A stretch of DNA of 64,000 nucleotides, taken from Bilabrum cf. latius. Lineage: Eukaryota. This document shows, one piece after another, positions 25,136-36,849 of this stretch (position 1 is the stretch's first letter; every line of letters starts with the position of its first letter). A model generated the notes under the pieces. The model saw only the letters and a list, made by a program, of their open reading frames with translations, was not told the origin of the DNA and ran no database searches. The position numbers and the translations under genes are program-made. Where the stretch lies: contig OZ237760.1 of NCBI GenBank assembly GCA_965178125.1, forward strand, positions 372,001 to 436,000, read 5' to 3'.

Positions 25136-26233
25136 ATGCGATCAGCGTGGAGTTCACCCCAAGGCTATGCTTTTGGCGGAGCTGTTCTCACAGTCGGAGG
25201 GCTAATTCATATTATCGTGTTGTTGCTGTCTCTTTGGTCCGATCCAACTGCAAGAGGCCATCAAGGCTCGACATTGCAACGTGTGGCAAGCACACTGGAC
25301 AGTATTGGGTACTTGTTTGTGCCATGGTGTTTGCATGCAGTATATCTTGTAATCTTTCATGCTGCCGAATTCGTGCTCACGGCTTGGTATCGACCGAGGC
25401 AGCTATCTTTTCGGTCGTTCCTGCTTGACCACAGCTATGCGTACGGAATTGCATAGGCCGTGGCAGCTGGGGAGTATGTAATAGAGGCCACGCTTTTCCC
25501 AGATCTTAAGCGGTATTCTCCCCTGTTTGGGGTAACATAGCCAGCTGGTTGGCTGCATCAGGCGGTGACGTGCGGGATCACCACCGGCGCGGTTTTGGCG
25601 GCGGTGGGCCTAGCTCTGCGGATCGCGGCGATTGCTCAGGCAGGCGCGTCGTTCCACCACATCGTGCAAGGTGCTCGGGCCTCGGACCATTCTCTGATCA
25701 CGACCGGGCTGTACAGTGTGCTGCGACACCCAGCCTACTTTGGTGAGCGCGGCGTGGGAGGCACCCCAACGGCGACACTGGGATTAGGACGCGTTCATGC
25801 GCCATCGTATAGTAATTATATGTGCTAGAACCGTGTCGTGCATGAAAATTGCTCTGTTACTCCCGCAGGATGGTTCTGGTACGTTGTGGGCACCCAGCTG
25901 CTGCTCATGAATCCAGTGTGCCTGATGCTGCACACTGCTGCGGCGGTGCAGTTCTTCAAGACGAGGTGCTACAATGAGGAAAACGCCTTGATCCAGCAGT
26001 ACGGCGAGGAGTACATCGCGTATGCTGCCAAGAAACCGACAGGGATTCCCTTCGTGGACGGTATGGGCGGCTTCATGCGAACGAGGCTGCAGCAGAGGGC
26101 AGCAATCGACCGTGACAGGTAGCGGGAAATGGCGGCAGTCGATCGCAATAGATAGCAGGAAAGCATCACTCGAGAAGGCAGACCGGAGGAGGACTCTGCA
26201 GATGATGATGAGAATGAATTGAAGAAAGCATGA
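25136..26233 (+). CDS. ICMT: Protein-S-isoprenylcysteine O-methyltransferase (Ste14)
   Basis: FHAAEF, SFLLDHS, HSLITTGLYSVLRHPAYFG/WFW, TQLLLMNP, EENALIQQYGEEY and TGIPF. Intron 25743-25868. TAG at 25454, 25538, 26120 and 26153. Ends TGA. Confidence 0.93.
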
Positions 26234-26563
26234 TCGTCAGGGCCGTTGCATTCCCTTGTTTTTCCTGATCACACTATCTAGGCTCCGCAGCATGAATTCC
26301 ATAGACTGCCACCGTTTGTCGCTGTCCATTGATGCATTGCTCCAGGAAACCAGCATGGCAGCGCTGGAGACCTCGGGCACACCCGAGAATTCGCTCAGGC
26401 ATTCACTAGGCGCGTTCGACCAGTTACAGCCGGCGGGCACAGCTGGCAGCGGGGCCACCTGGGCCGCGGCCCACCGGCGCCGCCGGCGGTCGCAACAACT
26501 TGAAAACAACAGCAACTGCTGGTAGACTAGTAACATCCGAAGAAGTTCTTATCACAATCTCCC

Positions 26564-29500
26564 ATGATGGAATTCCCGTGCATTTCCGTTCAGACACCGG
26601 GTAGCTAGGCGAAACGACTCGTATTGTACATTCGAACAGAGGCTACGAGGCTGCTGCGGCAAGCTTGCGCGGCGTCCGCAAGTGCCGAGCCGATCTCCTT
26701 GGTCCCAACCGCAGTAGTGCAAAACATCCAACCGCCTTCAACTAAAGCGAAGTCTGCATCAGATAAGCGTATCGGTGTCAAGTTCCCAAGCATATCGCAC
26801 AGTTGGGAGGGCTTCGAGCAACTGAGCGATGCGGTTCGAGGGCGCATGCTCGACGTCTTGCTGCTGTTCAAAATCAAGGCGAGCTCAGACCAGTGGAAGC
26901 ATCTGCATAGTAATTTGGAATGTGATGAAGGGCAGCCTGAACACCTTCACAGGTTCAGTGTCGCGCAAAGGGTTTGTTCGTGGGTGCTTCGAGACCCGAT
27001 TGCATCCCTGTTCACTTCACGGGCAATGTGTTTTTACGGATCTGCACCCACTGTACAGGATGCCATCGATAGATGCGGCCAGCTTGCGTTCGAACAGCTT
27101 GAGATCCGCGGCTCTGCTCGCGCACCCGGCCTTCCTGACCCGAAGCAGGGCACATCCGCGACCTCGCTCGAGCCGCCGGGCCGTGCTGTCACGAAAACTC
27201 CGTCCGGCGCACCTGTTGTGTACGAACAGCGGGAAGACATGGATCCCTACGAAGGCGACGACCGGCCGGTCGTCGTGGTGAGGGCGTGGTGCTACCCCCG
27301 AGTGATGGAGAACGCCGTGCTCGGTTGCATGCTCAGGCAGCTGCCCTCCCCTTGGAGGGCCGGAATGCTCGAGTCGGGGCAGCCGGCCGACGAGACGGTC
27401 ATGCCGGAGAGGTCGTTCCTTGAGCTGGACACGGTCAAGCACCCTCGCTACCTGTTCACCCTGGGCGAGAGAAAGTACGGCAAGGACATCCTGATGGCAG
27501 GAGCATCCTCCTCCTCGTCTTCCTAGTCCTCTTCAGTGCCAGCCTCTGCCTCGGCCGCTGGGGAGACACCCGATGCGGGGCATGCAGGCGCTTAGGAAGC
27601 CACAGGTACTTTTGCATTGGACGCAGCACCAGCACCATCGGCAGCAGCCGGGTCATCACCTGGCAAGGCGGCCTCCAAGTCACCGATCCTGCCTTACGTG
27701 TGCAGGCACGGCGCGCGGGCGTCTTACTGCCTCGCCGAATGGGTTGTTCCCCAGAAAACTAGTGATATAGGATCCGACAAGCCCACTGGAAGGGTCGTGG
27801 ACCCCGGCCGCTTGCTCGGAGCCAAAGCAGACAGGCGCAGGGAGACCGGGCCCCGCGTGGGATGGCAGTCTTTCGGGCAATCGGCCGCGTGTGGGGCAGG
27901 CGATGGCAAGGAGAGCGAGGTGCAATTCCTGTACGGGGCAGGGCAGCCCGAGGACCATGATTCTGCCAAGTGGGGAGAGAATTTATCCGTTGAGATTGGG
28001 GCTGCTTCACTAGCTGCCGCAGCAGGAGCAGGAACCGGAGCAGCCAGCTCAGCTGCCAAGCCACGAGCCGCAGATTCCAGCGTGCCATCATCCGACGCTA
28101 CCAGCGATCGCTAGCTGAAAGGTGCAAATACCGAGAAGTCCGTCAAACGTGGTGTAAGCCGGGCGCACTACAAGCTATCCGAGGCGTTGCTCCGGTTCGG
28201 CCTTCTGCCATCCACTGGCCGGGCCATGCTGCTGCCAGCCAACAAAGTGGGCAACGCCGCTGGCGGAGTGGGGAGCATGGACTCGGAATGCAAATTCGAC
28301 CCCTCATCCCCTGTTCCACCGATCCTGCAGCTGGCCGACAGGCTGCCGGTCGTGTCCGAGGACGGCATCTCCAACGGCCCGCTGTGGGATGTGGTCGCGA
28401 AGGCTACCGGCGTGGCTGTTCCAAAGGCCAGACCCGCCCCACGCCGGGGTCCCTACATTGCAATGGACCTGGGCGCCTCCCCCGGGGGTTGGTCAGAGCT
28501 GCTCGCGGACCAGGGCACAGCAGCGGGGCGGTTCCACGCGGTGCACGGTGTAGACCCAGGCGACTTGGCCGTGCCATTGCTGGGCGCCGTCGGTGGGGCC
28601 AGCGCTGCTTGCGCGGCCGGGGTGAGTGTAGCAGGGGGTGCTGGCGCAGTTGATGCCAGGGGTGTGATCCACTGGAAGGCCAGGGCAGAGTCGGCCATCG
28701 CGCACATGCTGTGCAGGGCTGGCATCGCATCGGACGGCGGTTGCGCTGCCCCGGCGGGCGGGCTGCCGATCCCTCTGCCCGCGATCGTTGGAGCTTCTTC
28801 GGCTGTAGGGAACAGCTTCGAGCTGGTGAGGCATTCGATCGGAGAGGTGCTCCGGCTAGCATTTACGGGGCAAGCCATCGAGCAGTCCAAGGCGGAGGCT
28901 CTGGCCAGGCAAAGGGCTGTGATCGCCAAAGAGGAGAGGGTGGATGCCGCACGGGCTCTCAAGGGCAAGCCGCCCGCGAAAAAGCCGCGCTTTGAGACCG
29001 CAGAAGAGAAAGCAAAGAAGCCAAATGCAGGCCGGAGGGCTAAGGCATAGGGCAAGAGCAAGGGCAAACACGCAGACAAGGAAGCCGGAGCAGGTGATGT
29101 AGCAGCAGGTGGGGCCGCGTCATCCGAGCCCCCGCAACTACTAGAGATAGAGGGTGTGCAGCTGCCGGAGCGCGTCTCCAAGCGAATCCAGAGGATGGTG
29201 GACTCGATGCACGTCAAACCCCTGTCCAAGCACCTCATGGACAAGCCCATGCTTGACGGCAAGCTGTAGTTTGCAGATGTGCCGCCAGCAGCGACTGACA
29301 GGCCGCAGTACTGGCCCTGCCTGGCAGCATAGTCAGCGCAGCCATCGTCTGGATCTTCTTCCTCGGCACCATCGTCAGAAGCATCAGGTGCGACCTCCAG
29401 TGCATCGCCCGTGGCACCGCTGAGCTGCCTAGTGAGCGACATGAACGTGCCCGGGGCCCAGGTCATCACATGCCTGGAGCTCCTCGCCCCGCTGCTGGCA

Positions 29501-29884
29501 GACGGTGCCGTGGTTGTCCTGACCCTGAAGAACATGGTGTCCCAGCGGTCCGCCAGGCAGCTCACCGTGCCTAGTGCAGTAGAGAGAGCCGAGAGGGTGC
29601 TGGGAGGCCGGGGAACAGTGGGTGTTCGGTCCCTTATGATGAACGGGAACGAGTGCACGCTGCTGGGCGTGAAGAATCGGCGCGTCATGGACGCAGACAG
29701 GCTGATCGGCGACGACGGTTCTGGCATTTTCGAGGAGTTTGTCAGGCATACAGAGGACAGAATTGCCGAGGTGGACCAGAAGCTGGCTGAGGCTGCAGAG
29801 GCACTGCGGGCGGAGCTGCGAGCCAGCGGCGATGGGAAAGCAGAAGTGTCGCTTGATGGTGGCAGCGCAGCGATGGAATCGTGA
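26564..29884 (+). CDS. FtsJ/RrmJ-superfamily (RlmM-like) RNA 2'-O-methyltransferase with long insertions
   Basis: VSRAHYKLSEA, AMDLGASPGGWS, GVDPG, LVSDMN, VLTLK and NEC give a K-D-K-E tetrad. Four track ORFs join through seven TAG. Ends TGA. Start is tentative. Confidence 0.82.
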
Positions 29885-29917
29885 ATTTAGTTATTTACCG
29901 GTATCTACGTGCAACAG

Positions 29918-30859
29918 TCAGAACCCAAAGCTGAAAGCAGACCCCCCTTCGGCCGTCTGGTCCACCACACCCGCCGGCCCCGAACCAGCCATTGCTTGCT
30001 GCCCTCTTCGCGCGCTCCGTCCGCCCGCCGCTGCCCCTCTCGATCTTGTTGCCGCAGCCCCCTTGCCCTTGCCTGTGCCATCGCGCTCCGCCTCTGCCCG
30101 CTATCTCTTCTGCTGCTCCGCCTCCAACTCGGCTGCCAGGGCCACCGCGGTGCTTGACTTGGCCCCCGCCTTGGCAGCCTCCGCCCTCATCTTCCTCTCC
30201 ACTCTATCCAGCAAGGCGGCGGTCCCCTCGGCCCCCATGCCGATCTCATCGTCCAGCGCGCTGGCCGGGAGCAGCCCGGCACCAGGGCTGGCTACCCCCT
30301 TCGGCTTCGCTCCGGATTCAAGGACCTTGTCGAGCTCATCCATCGCGCTCTGGCCCAGCAAGGCAGTCTGGCCCTCGTTGCCCATCTCGCCGGCCGCAGC
30401 ACCCCTCCGCTGCGCGCGCTTCTTGGCTCGAATTGCTTCCATCTCCGGGTCGCGGACCACACCCATGCTCTTGAACACGAAATCAACTTCTTCATCATCA
30501 ATATCATCACGACGCGTCGTACCACGCTTGTGGTTTGAATTCTTGTACACAATTTCCTTCTGCTTTGCGGCGTGCCTCAAAAGCCTCATTTGCTCTTTCG
30601 CGGTATTCTGCATCCCTTTCAGCCTAAATCTGCCTCCCGTCATAGCCAATTTACCAGCAGCTATACTCTCCGTGTCTCTGGTGATTTTGGGAATAGCCTT
30701 GAGGAATCCTACGTGCGCTTTCCGCTTGCCTTGCTCAGACTTGGGGTTGATCCATCCGCTACCGCCTTTTCGAGTCTTTCCAGCGTTCCTTTTCAAAGCA
30801 TGACCTGGATTTCTAGTTCGGAGCCGATCTGAATGCTACTTTTGTTTGTGTTGCGGCAT
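29918..30859 (-). CDS. Hypothetical Lys/Arg-rich protein
   Basis: Open from ATG 30859 to TGA 29918 when TAG at 30836 and 30101 is read as sense. Basic composition with an acidic DDIDDEEVDF patch. No recognised domain. Confidence 0.65.
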
Positions 30860-31060
30860 TGTACCTATATAAGTAGGCCAGAACGGATTGAGTACCTTGC
30901 CGAAGTGCAAGCGGAACCACGTACGGCGCCGCGCACGTCAACGATGGCGCGAATGATGGAACTAATGCACCATTTTAACAGCTGTAGTGCGGTACGATCG
31001 TTCGTCGCCCCAGCTGTAGGATCTATCTTTATATTGAAGAGGCAACTGCAGGCAAAATTG

Positions 31061-33835
31061 ATGGAAAGCAATGGAAGAGCAGCGCTAGGCGACGCCACAC
31101 TCGTCGACCAAGACTAGAAAACGGACCAGAAACATGCATCTGGCCCGGTAAGTGATGACTCGAAGCCAACTAGAAACAATAGAAAGCTGGAATTACCCCG
31201 ATCCAGAGCACCGAGCTCCGTCAGTGACGCGGGGTCTGAGTCGTTGGAGGAGTCGACGCACCGAGCTGGTGACAAGGTCGAGCCGCAGGCACAGGCTGAA
31301 GGAGAGGGGCAAAGCGCTGCCTAGCACGAGCCGAACCACATACATCAGGACTCATCTTCACCGCATATGAAACCCTCTGCCTCAGAATCAGAGATGAGTC
31401 CGCAGGCCGCAGCAACTGCAATTCCGTCCCTTGCACAGCATCCAGCCCGTGCGAGCTCGACGACTGTGATGGGTCTTCCTGCAGCTAGTTCAGGAGACAT
31501 CGATCCTTCTAGGCCGTTAGGACCAGCTGCATCGGCTCTTCTAGCGGCAGCTGGCTACGCGATCGACGGGTCCAAGCTGCCGGGCGACGACGCGAGCAGC
31601 GAGCATCTGCTCAGCGACGGCCCCTTCAGCCACGACATCGTGGTGGCCGTCGCGCTCGCCCACTCTGGTCAGATCGAGCGCCTCTGCGCCCAGACCCTGG
31701 CCATGGGGCGGCAATCGGGCCAGCTGCAGGGCGAGAACAAGATGCTCGCTTCCATCGTGGAGCAGCTGCGCGAGGCGTCCCGCAAGCGGCAGGAGGCGGC
31801 GGCGAGCAGGCTCCGAAGCGTGAAAGAAGAGCTAAAGCGGGTCAAGCAGGAATGTGCCTCACTTCGATCGGAGCTGAACGCGTCCAGGGAACAAGAGAAG
31901 CGAGCCTCCGAGGAGGCCAACACGGCGAGCGAGTCGTTGCAGGAGGCCAAGGACGAGACCAGGGCCGCGCGAGCGGCGGCCATCTCAGCAATCGAAAGGG
32001 CGAACGCCGTCAGCGCTCAGCTGAGGAAGGGGACCGGCCTGCTCGGGCGCGGGAGCGCGGGTGCCGGCGCTGGTGGTGTGACGAGTGCGATGGGCGTGGA
32101 CTTGGGGGGCAGCCTGGAGGACATCACCGCCAAGCTGGCGCAGTACTCGCTGGGCCACCAGCTGCCGGACCGTGCTGGGGCCGAGACAAGACCCAGGTCT
32201 GAGGCAGGGCCAGGGCTATGGTCCGAAGCAGCTGCCGAAACCGGAAGTGGACGATCTTCGGGGAGCGCCGGCGATGGGCTGCGCGGGAGCAGCGAGCAAG
32301 ACACGAGTCGCGGCGGGGCCCACCTGCGATTGCCCCGAGCAGGTGCTCCACAGTCCCCTGAAACGGTGGCCTCTCCTTCCAGGGAACAGCAATCGCACTC
32401 GTCACAGGGGGGCGAATCCAGCGCTGGAGCGTCGTAGCGAACAGGCAGGGCAAGCGAGACCCTTTCGCCTGCCGCAGCCCACCTGGTCAAACTCGGCTTG
32501 CGGCCGTCATAGGCGTCTCCGGACGGCGGCCCTGGGCTCGTCACACCCTCCCTGCAGGAGGACGTGGAACGTTTCAAGAATTCCGGTTTTGGAATCGATG
32601 ACGCGCTCCGAGTGTCGCGGGAGATGGACCGAGAATTGCAGGAGCAGAGGCGGCAGCGCCAGCAGCAGCACTCGTCACACTCTCGTCACCCGTCACACCG
32701 CGTGGCACCCCCGCAGCTGCCGGGCTCCGCCTCACCCGATAGGGAGGGCGGAGACGGCCGGCGGCAGGGCGGCATGCAGGGTGCGCCCAGCCGAGGGACT
32801 GCCCCTTCCGCGCGTGTTCAATCCTAGGGACAGGGACAGGGACAAGGACAAGGACAAGGACGAGGACAGCGACAGGGACAAGGACAGGGACCAGGGACAG
32901 GGCCACGGTAGCAGCACGGCACTCCGTCATCGTATGGAGCCGAGGCATCAGCAGCCCCTGCAGCAGCCAGTGTCCCTGACGACCTACTGAAGCAGTTCCC
33001 TGCAGCCGCAGCCATGATCGCGAGGGCAGACCTCGAGGCGGCGCGCGCGCAGGAGCAGGAGCAGGAGGAGGAGGGGGGCGCTCGTGGCACGGGACTGGGT
33101 GCATCGTACGGCAGTGCAGCGGTAATAGGTGTCGTGGGGACACCAGGCCGTGCACCCCCGGAGATCCCCCCCACTGCGGGGTCAGGACCACCCTCCCAGG
33201 CCATGGCCGACCTCCCATTTGCCAGGGGTAGCGGGTACCGGGGTGCCAGGCTCACCGGTCTGGGCAAGACAGGCCCTCCTGCCCTATACGAGGGCCAGAG
33301 GAGGAGGCAGGGATACACGCCGTACAAGGGAAGGGTACAGCTGGGGGCATCCTCGTCCCAGGCGCGATCGGGTTCCAAGGGAGGGGGAGGGGGCGCCCAG
33401 CAGCTGCTCAAGAAGAGGCTGCTGGGGAGGCAGTCAGGGAACAAGTCAGGGAGCAAAGGAGTGGGGAAGGGAGCGACTCCCAGTCGCAGCCTCGGGAGAA
33501 CAACACCGGGCAGGTCGTCGAGGGCGCCGCGCAGCGGAACTACTCCCGGCCGGTCCGGTGCTGGCCGCTCCGTGAATGCCCGGCTGCAAGGCAGATTCGG
33601 AAGTGCAAGGCCAGGGTCTGGGGCTGGGGCTGGGGCTGGGGCTGGGGCTGGGGCAGATATTCGGGGTAGTAACGGGTTGGCGAATGCTGGTACGGGTAGC
33701 GGCATTCCAGGGATGCCAGCGCCTCCTTCGTTGTCTGATTTCGGGGGCCCAGAGAGCAAAGCTCTTGCGAGGCTGTCTGGGATGAGGAGTGGCGGGGCTG
33801 GGATGCGGCCAGCGAGAATGATGACGAGGCAGTGA
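31061..33835 (+). CDS. Hypothetical coiled-coil protein with low-complexity G/S/R/Q tail
   Basis: One frame through TAG at 31115, 31322, 32435, 32510, 32825 and 32909. Heptad region near 31670-32030 and a (QG)n tract. Ends TGA. Start is uncertain. Confidence 0.65.
32825..32900 (+). repeat. Hexanucleotide tract (CAG/CAA/TAG-GGA)n encoding (QG)n
   Basis: tag gga cag gga cag gga caa gga caa gga caa gga... Confidence 0.8.
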
Positions 33836-34019
33836 ATCAGCATGCGTTGCATCGTTTGCCTCAAGAAGGTTGCTTGGCGCTTGTTTTTTTGGCATGTTGG
33901 GTGGTTTCCTAGCATGTATTGCACTGTGCGCCAGTTGTCGAGGGGCCGTCACGCGCCAGTCAAGCTCCGGGCAGCATTTATCCACCACTAAACTCGAAAA
34001 CCTTTAATATTATTGCGCA

Positions 34020-35352
34020 ATGGCTAGTGTTGCCGGGTCTAGTTCAGCGTCAGAAGGGTATGAAGTTGACCGCGAAAGCTGGAAGAGCTCGGACGGGATA
34101 TGGAAACCAGAGAAGTTTGGCCTGAAGGAAGGGTTCATCCTTACCGACTTTAGCGATGTGAGAGATTTCTACCATGCTAGATCAATTCTATCTGATGCTG
34201 TATGGCATTCGTTTTCTTGGTTCCAGGTAGCTTGCTTGACATGATTCGCAGCTGAAAGGATGAGGCTGCAAAGTCCCCCAAGAAAAGCTGCTATCTTACC
34301 TTGACCATATCGGGATGGGTGAAAAACCAAATGAGACACCGGGGATGGATTCGTCGGTCGTGAGATTGCCTGCGATTCCCGGATGTCCGAAACAGCTGTA
34401 CCTGCTGTCTACCACTGATTTCTTTTATCCGCTCGTGGACGATCCGTACATCCAGGGAAGGATTGCTTGCGCCAATGTGCTTTCAGACTTGTACGCGATG
34501 GGCTGCAGCGAAGTCGCCACTGTCCTCATGATGCTAGGCGTCGCTATTCCGATGTCCGCCAAGGAGCGAGACGTCGTTACGACGCTACTCATCAAGGGGT
34601 TTTCGGATGCTGCAGAAGAAGCCGGCACCAGCGTCACTGGGGGACAGACCGTTTTGAATCCCTGGGTCATTGTTGGTGGCGTAGCAAAGGCTGTGTGCTC
34701 AGAGGAGCAGTTCGTCAGGCCGGATGCTGCCGTCCCGGGAGACGTGCTCGTCCTCACGAAACCGCTCGGCACGCAGGTGGCTGTGAACCTCCTGCAGTGG
34801 GCCAGAGGGGACAAGTGGAGTAGGGTGGAAGGCACCATCACTCGGGAGCAGCTTGCTGGCGCCATGTGCACGGCCACAGAATCCATGGCACGGCTGAATC
34901 GGCACGCAGCCGAGGCCATGACCGAGCACGGAGCTCACGCCGCCACTGACGTCACCGGGTTCGGGTTGCTGGGCCACGCGACCAACCTTGCGAAATCGCA
35001 GAAAGCCCCCGTGCACCTCCGAATCCACACGCTGCCCATCATCCGACACATGGCCGAAGCCGACGCCGCCTACAAGCAAGCGACTGCTTCGGGTTCTTCT
35101 CCCGGTCGCAACTTCAGGCTGGTGGAGGGTTACAGCGCCGAGACATCCGGTGGTCTGCTCGTGTGCATGCCCAAAGACAGGGCAGATGCTTTCGTGAAGG
35201 CAGTCAGCGAGGCAGACGGGCAGCCCGCCTGGATCGTCGGGGAAGTACTTGGGGCAGCAGGTGCTGGTGCAGGCGCTGCTGGGGCTGGCGAGTCAGAGGT
35301 TCTCTCCGTGGGTGCATCCATCGCGGACGGAGTGAAAGTGGTGGACGTGTAA
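34020..35352 (+). CDS. SEPHS2: Selenophosphate synthetase (SPS2/SelD), selenoprotein with in-frame TGA at 34261-34263
   Basis: After removing intron 34158-34251 it reads LTDFSD/LKG(TGA)GCKVPQ. Also TTDFFYPLVDDPY, ANVLSDLYAMG, VTGGQT, LTKPLG, ATDVTGFGLLGH and AETSGGLL. Ends TAA. Confidence 0.95.
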
Positions 35353-35472
35353 TCCGGGTGTTCTTTTCCTAGACGTGCAGTGGTGACGTGTGTTCGTGAG
35401 CGATCGCGACGGTACCTGTTAAGGTGGTGCTGCTTTAGGCGAATTGGTGTGTCGTAGTAATGGGTGCTGGGA

Positions 35473-35839
35473 GGCAGCTGGGTGATGAAACTGGACAAAG
35501 TGCGTGGGAGTGGGAACGGAGTTAAAATGCGGTTCTTTGCGTAGCAGCTTCTAGTCCGCTTGGGGGGCTCCTGTTTCCCCCGCGCACTTGCTCCAGTTTG
35601 GTATGTGCCCGGCTGCCGTTGGCATGTTGGTGGTATGCTCGGCGGGTGAGAGCACCGGAGTCAGCGCTTCGCGTGCACGATCGCCCGCCGTGTCCCCCTT
35701 CTTGCTTGGATTCCGGGGCGATTTTTTCTGTGAGTGACGCTTCCTCTCCCGCGCGACCGCCGCTGGCCCAACCGCTCGGTTCGTTCTATTCTGAACGGCT
35801 GCATGAATGCGGAGCTAGCGGTGCGATGGATCTGGTGGG
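35473..35839 (+). promoter_or_regulatory. Structured 3' UTR of the selenoprotein gene; candidate non-canonical SECIS
   Basis: Three hairpins are visible by eye at 35473-35617, 35640-35690 and 35748-35839. The last has CGAC, a 10-bp helix, CCAA, then the complementary strand and CGAT. No perfect AUGA-N11/12-AA...GA was seen. Confidence 0.4.
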
Positions 35840-36071
35840 TTTGGCTGGTGCTCCTGTTCCTCGTTTCAAACGAGGCCCTGAGTGGCAGTCAACCCGCCAT
35901 GAGGCAAGTAGTCACTGCCCCGGGCAGCACCCGTGTTGCTTAACCGCCTTACATGCCTATTGTGCGCTAGCCACCCCATGAAGTCGTGGGATGCTGTAAA
36001 GTTTCAATTTGAGAGGTTTAGCCGAACATCTATGCAGCACCAGCTGTACAGGCAAGTCAAGCAAACACGCA

Positions 36072-36660
36072 TCACTAGCGTCTGCTGCCAGCTTCCTCGC
36101 CCTCGTTTTGCTCCTCTTGCTATCTTCTCTCGACTTCCTCGCGCCACGCCTTATCGTCTTTATACTGCTATACAACCATTCGGAGCTCTTTCTCGTTTTG
36201 TTCCATGCCCTGCTTCGCCAGATAATCCATTCTTTCCTGCACAGTCATTTCCTTGATCTTCGAGAGATCCTACTTTCGGCGCTACCGATGTGCAGCTCGT
36301 TCTGCCTCGTAGAATGGGTCTTGAACTTTGTCTGGCGTGAGAACGATGTACCTAAACTGCGTCTTTTCGTGTACGGAGAGTGATTGGGCAGTGATGTCCG
36401 CAACAAGCAACATAATGTGTAGATGTCGCACGCAAGAACGGAACACTGATCCCACCTTTGTAAATAGGGTTTCATAGACGGTTGGATAACTAAAAATAAC
36501 GAGGGACAGCACCGGGACTGCGTAGTAGAATCTGTTTCATGACGATGACGTGGACCTCTTGCAGCCATCGAAGGCAAAACCGTCATAGAACCGGCCGAAA
36601 CTAGCAGTTCTTACCAACCAAATAGACACCGAACTTCCATGCTTCTAGCTTGAAGTTCAT
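36072..36660 (-). CDS. PET100: PET100-like cytochrome c oxidase assembly factor
   Basis: Three exons (introns 36518-36614 and 36357-36455) give MNFKLEAWKFGVYLVVPVLSLVIFSYPTVYETLFTKFRYIV followed by a charged helical tail. Five in-frame TAG. Ends TAG-TGA. Largely absent from the ORF track. Confidence 0.75.
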
Positions 36661-36849
36661 GGCGCAGAGAATGTCATTCAGTTGCAGCTGGTCGTTAATG
36701 CAGATGAAGCTGCAGAACAGCACGCTACCGTTACACACCGTGCCGGCCTGGCCGGTGGCCCGGCAGCTGGACTGGCAGAGATGGCACCCTGGCGCGGGTT
36801 ACAGCAAATCATATCACAGTGCGAGGTGCCCCGGCCTGGCCAGTGCACC

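Noticed and set aside
26237-26536. Small separate gene between ICMT and the methyltransferase
   Set aside because: The short ORFs on both strands lack motifs or clear coding bias, so this is more likely UTR or promoter.
9080-35352. Ciliate-type code with both TAA and TAG as Gln
   Set aside because: No in-frame TAA occurs in any model, and TAA sits at natural ends (9080, 17729, 21769, 35350), including the expected SPS2 C-terminus.
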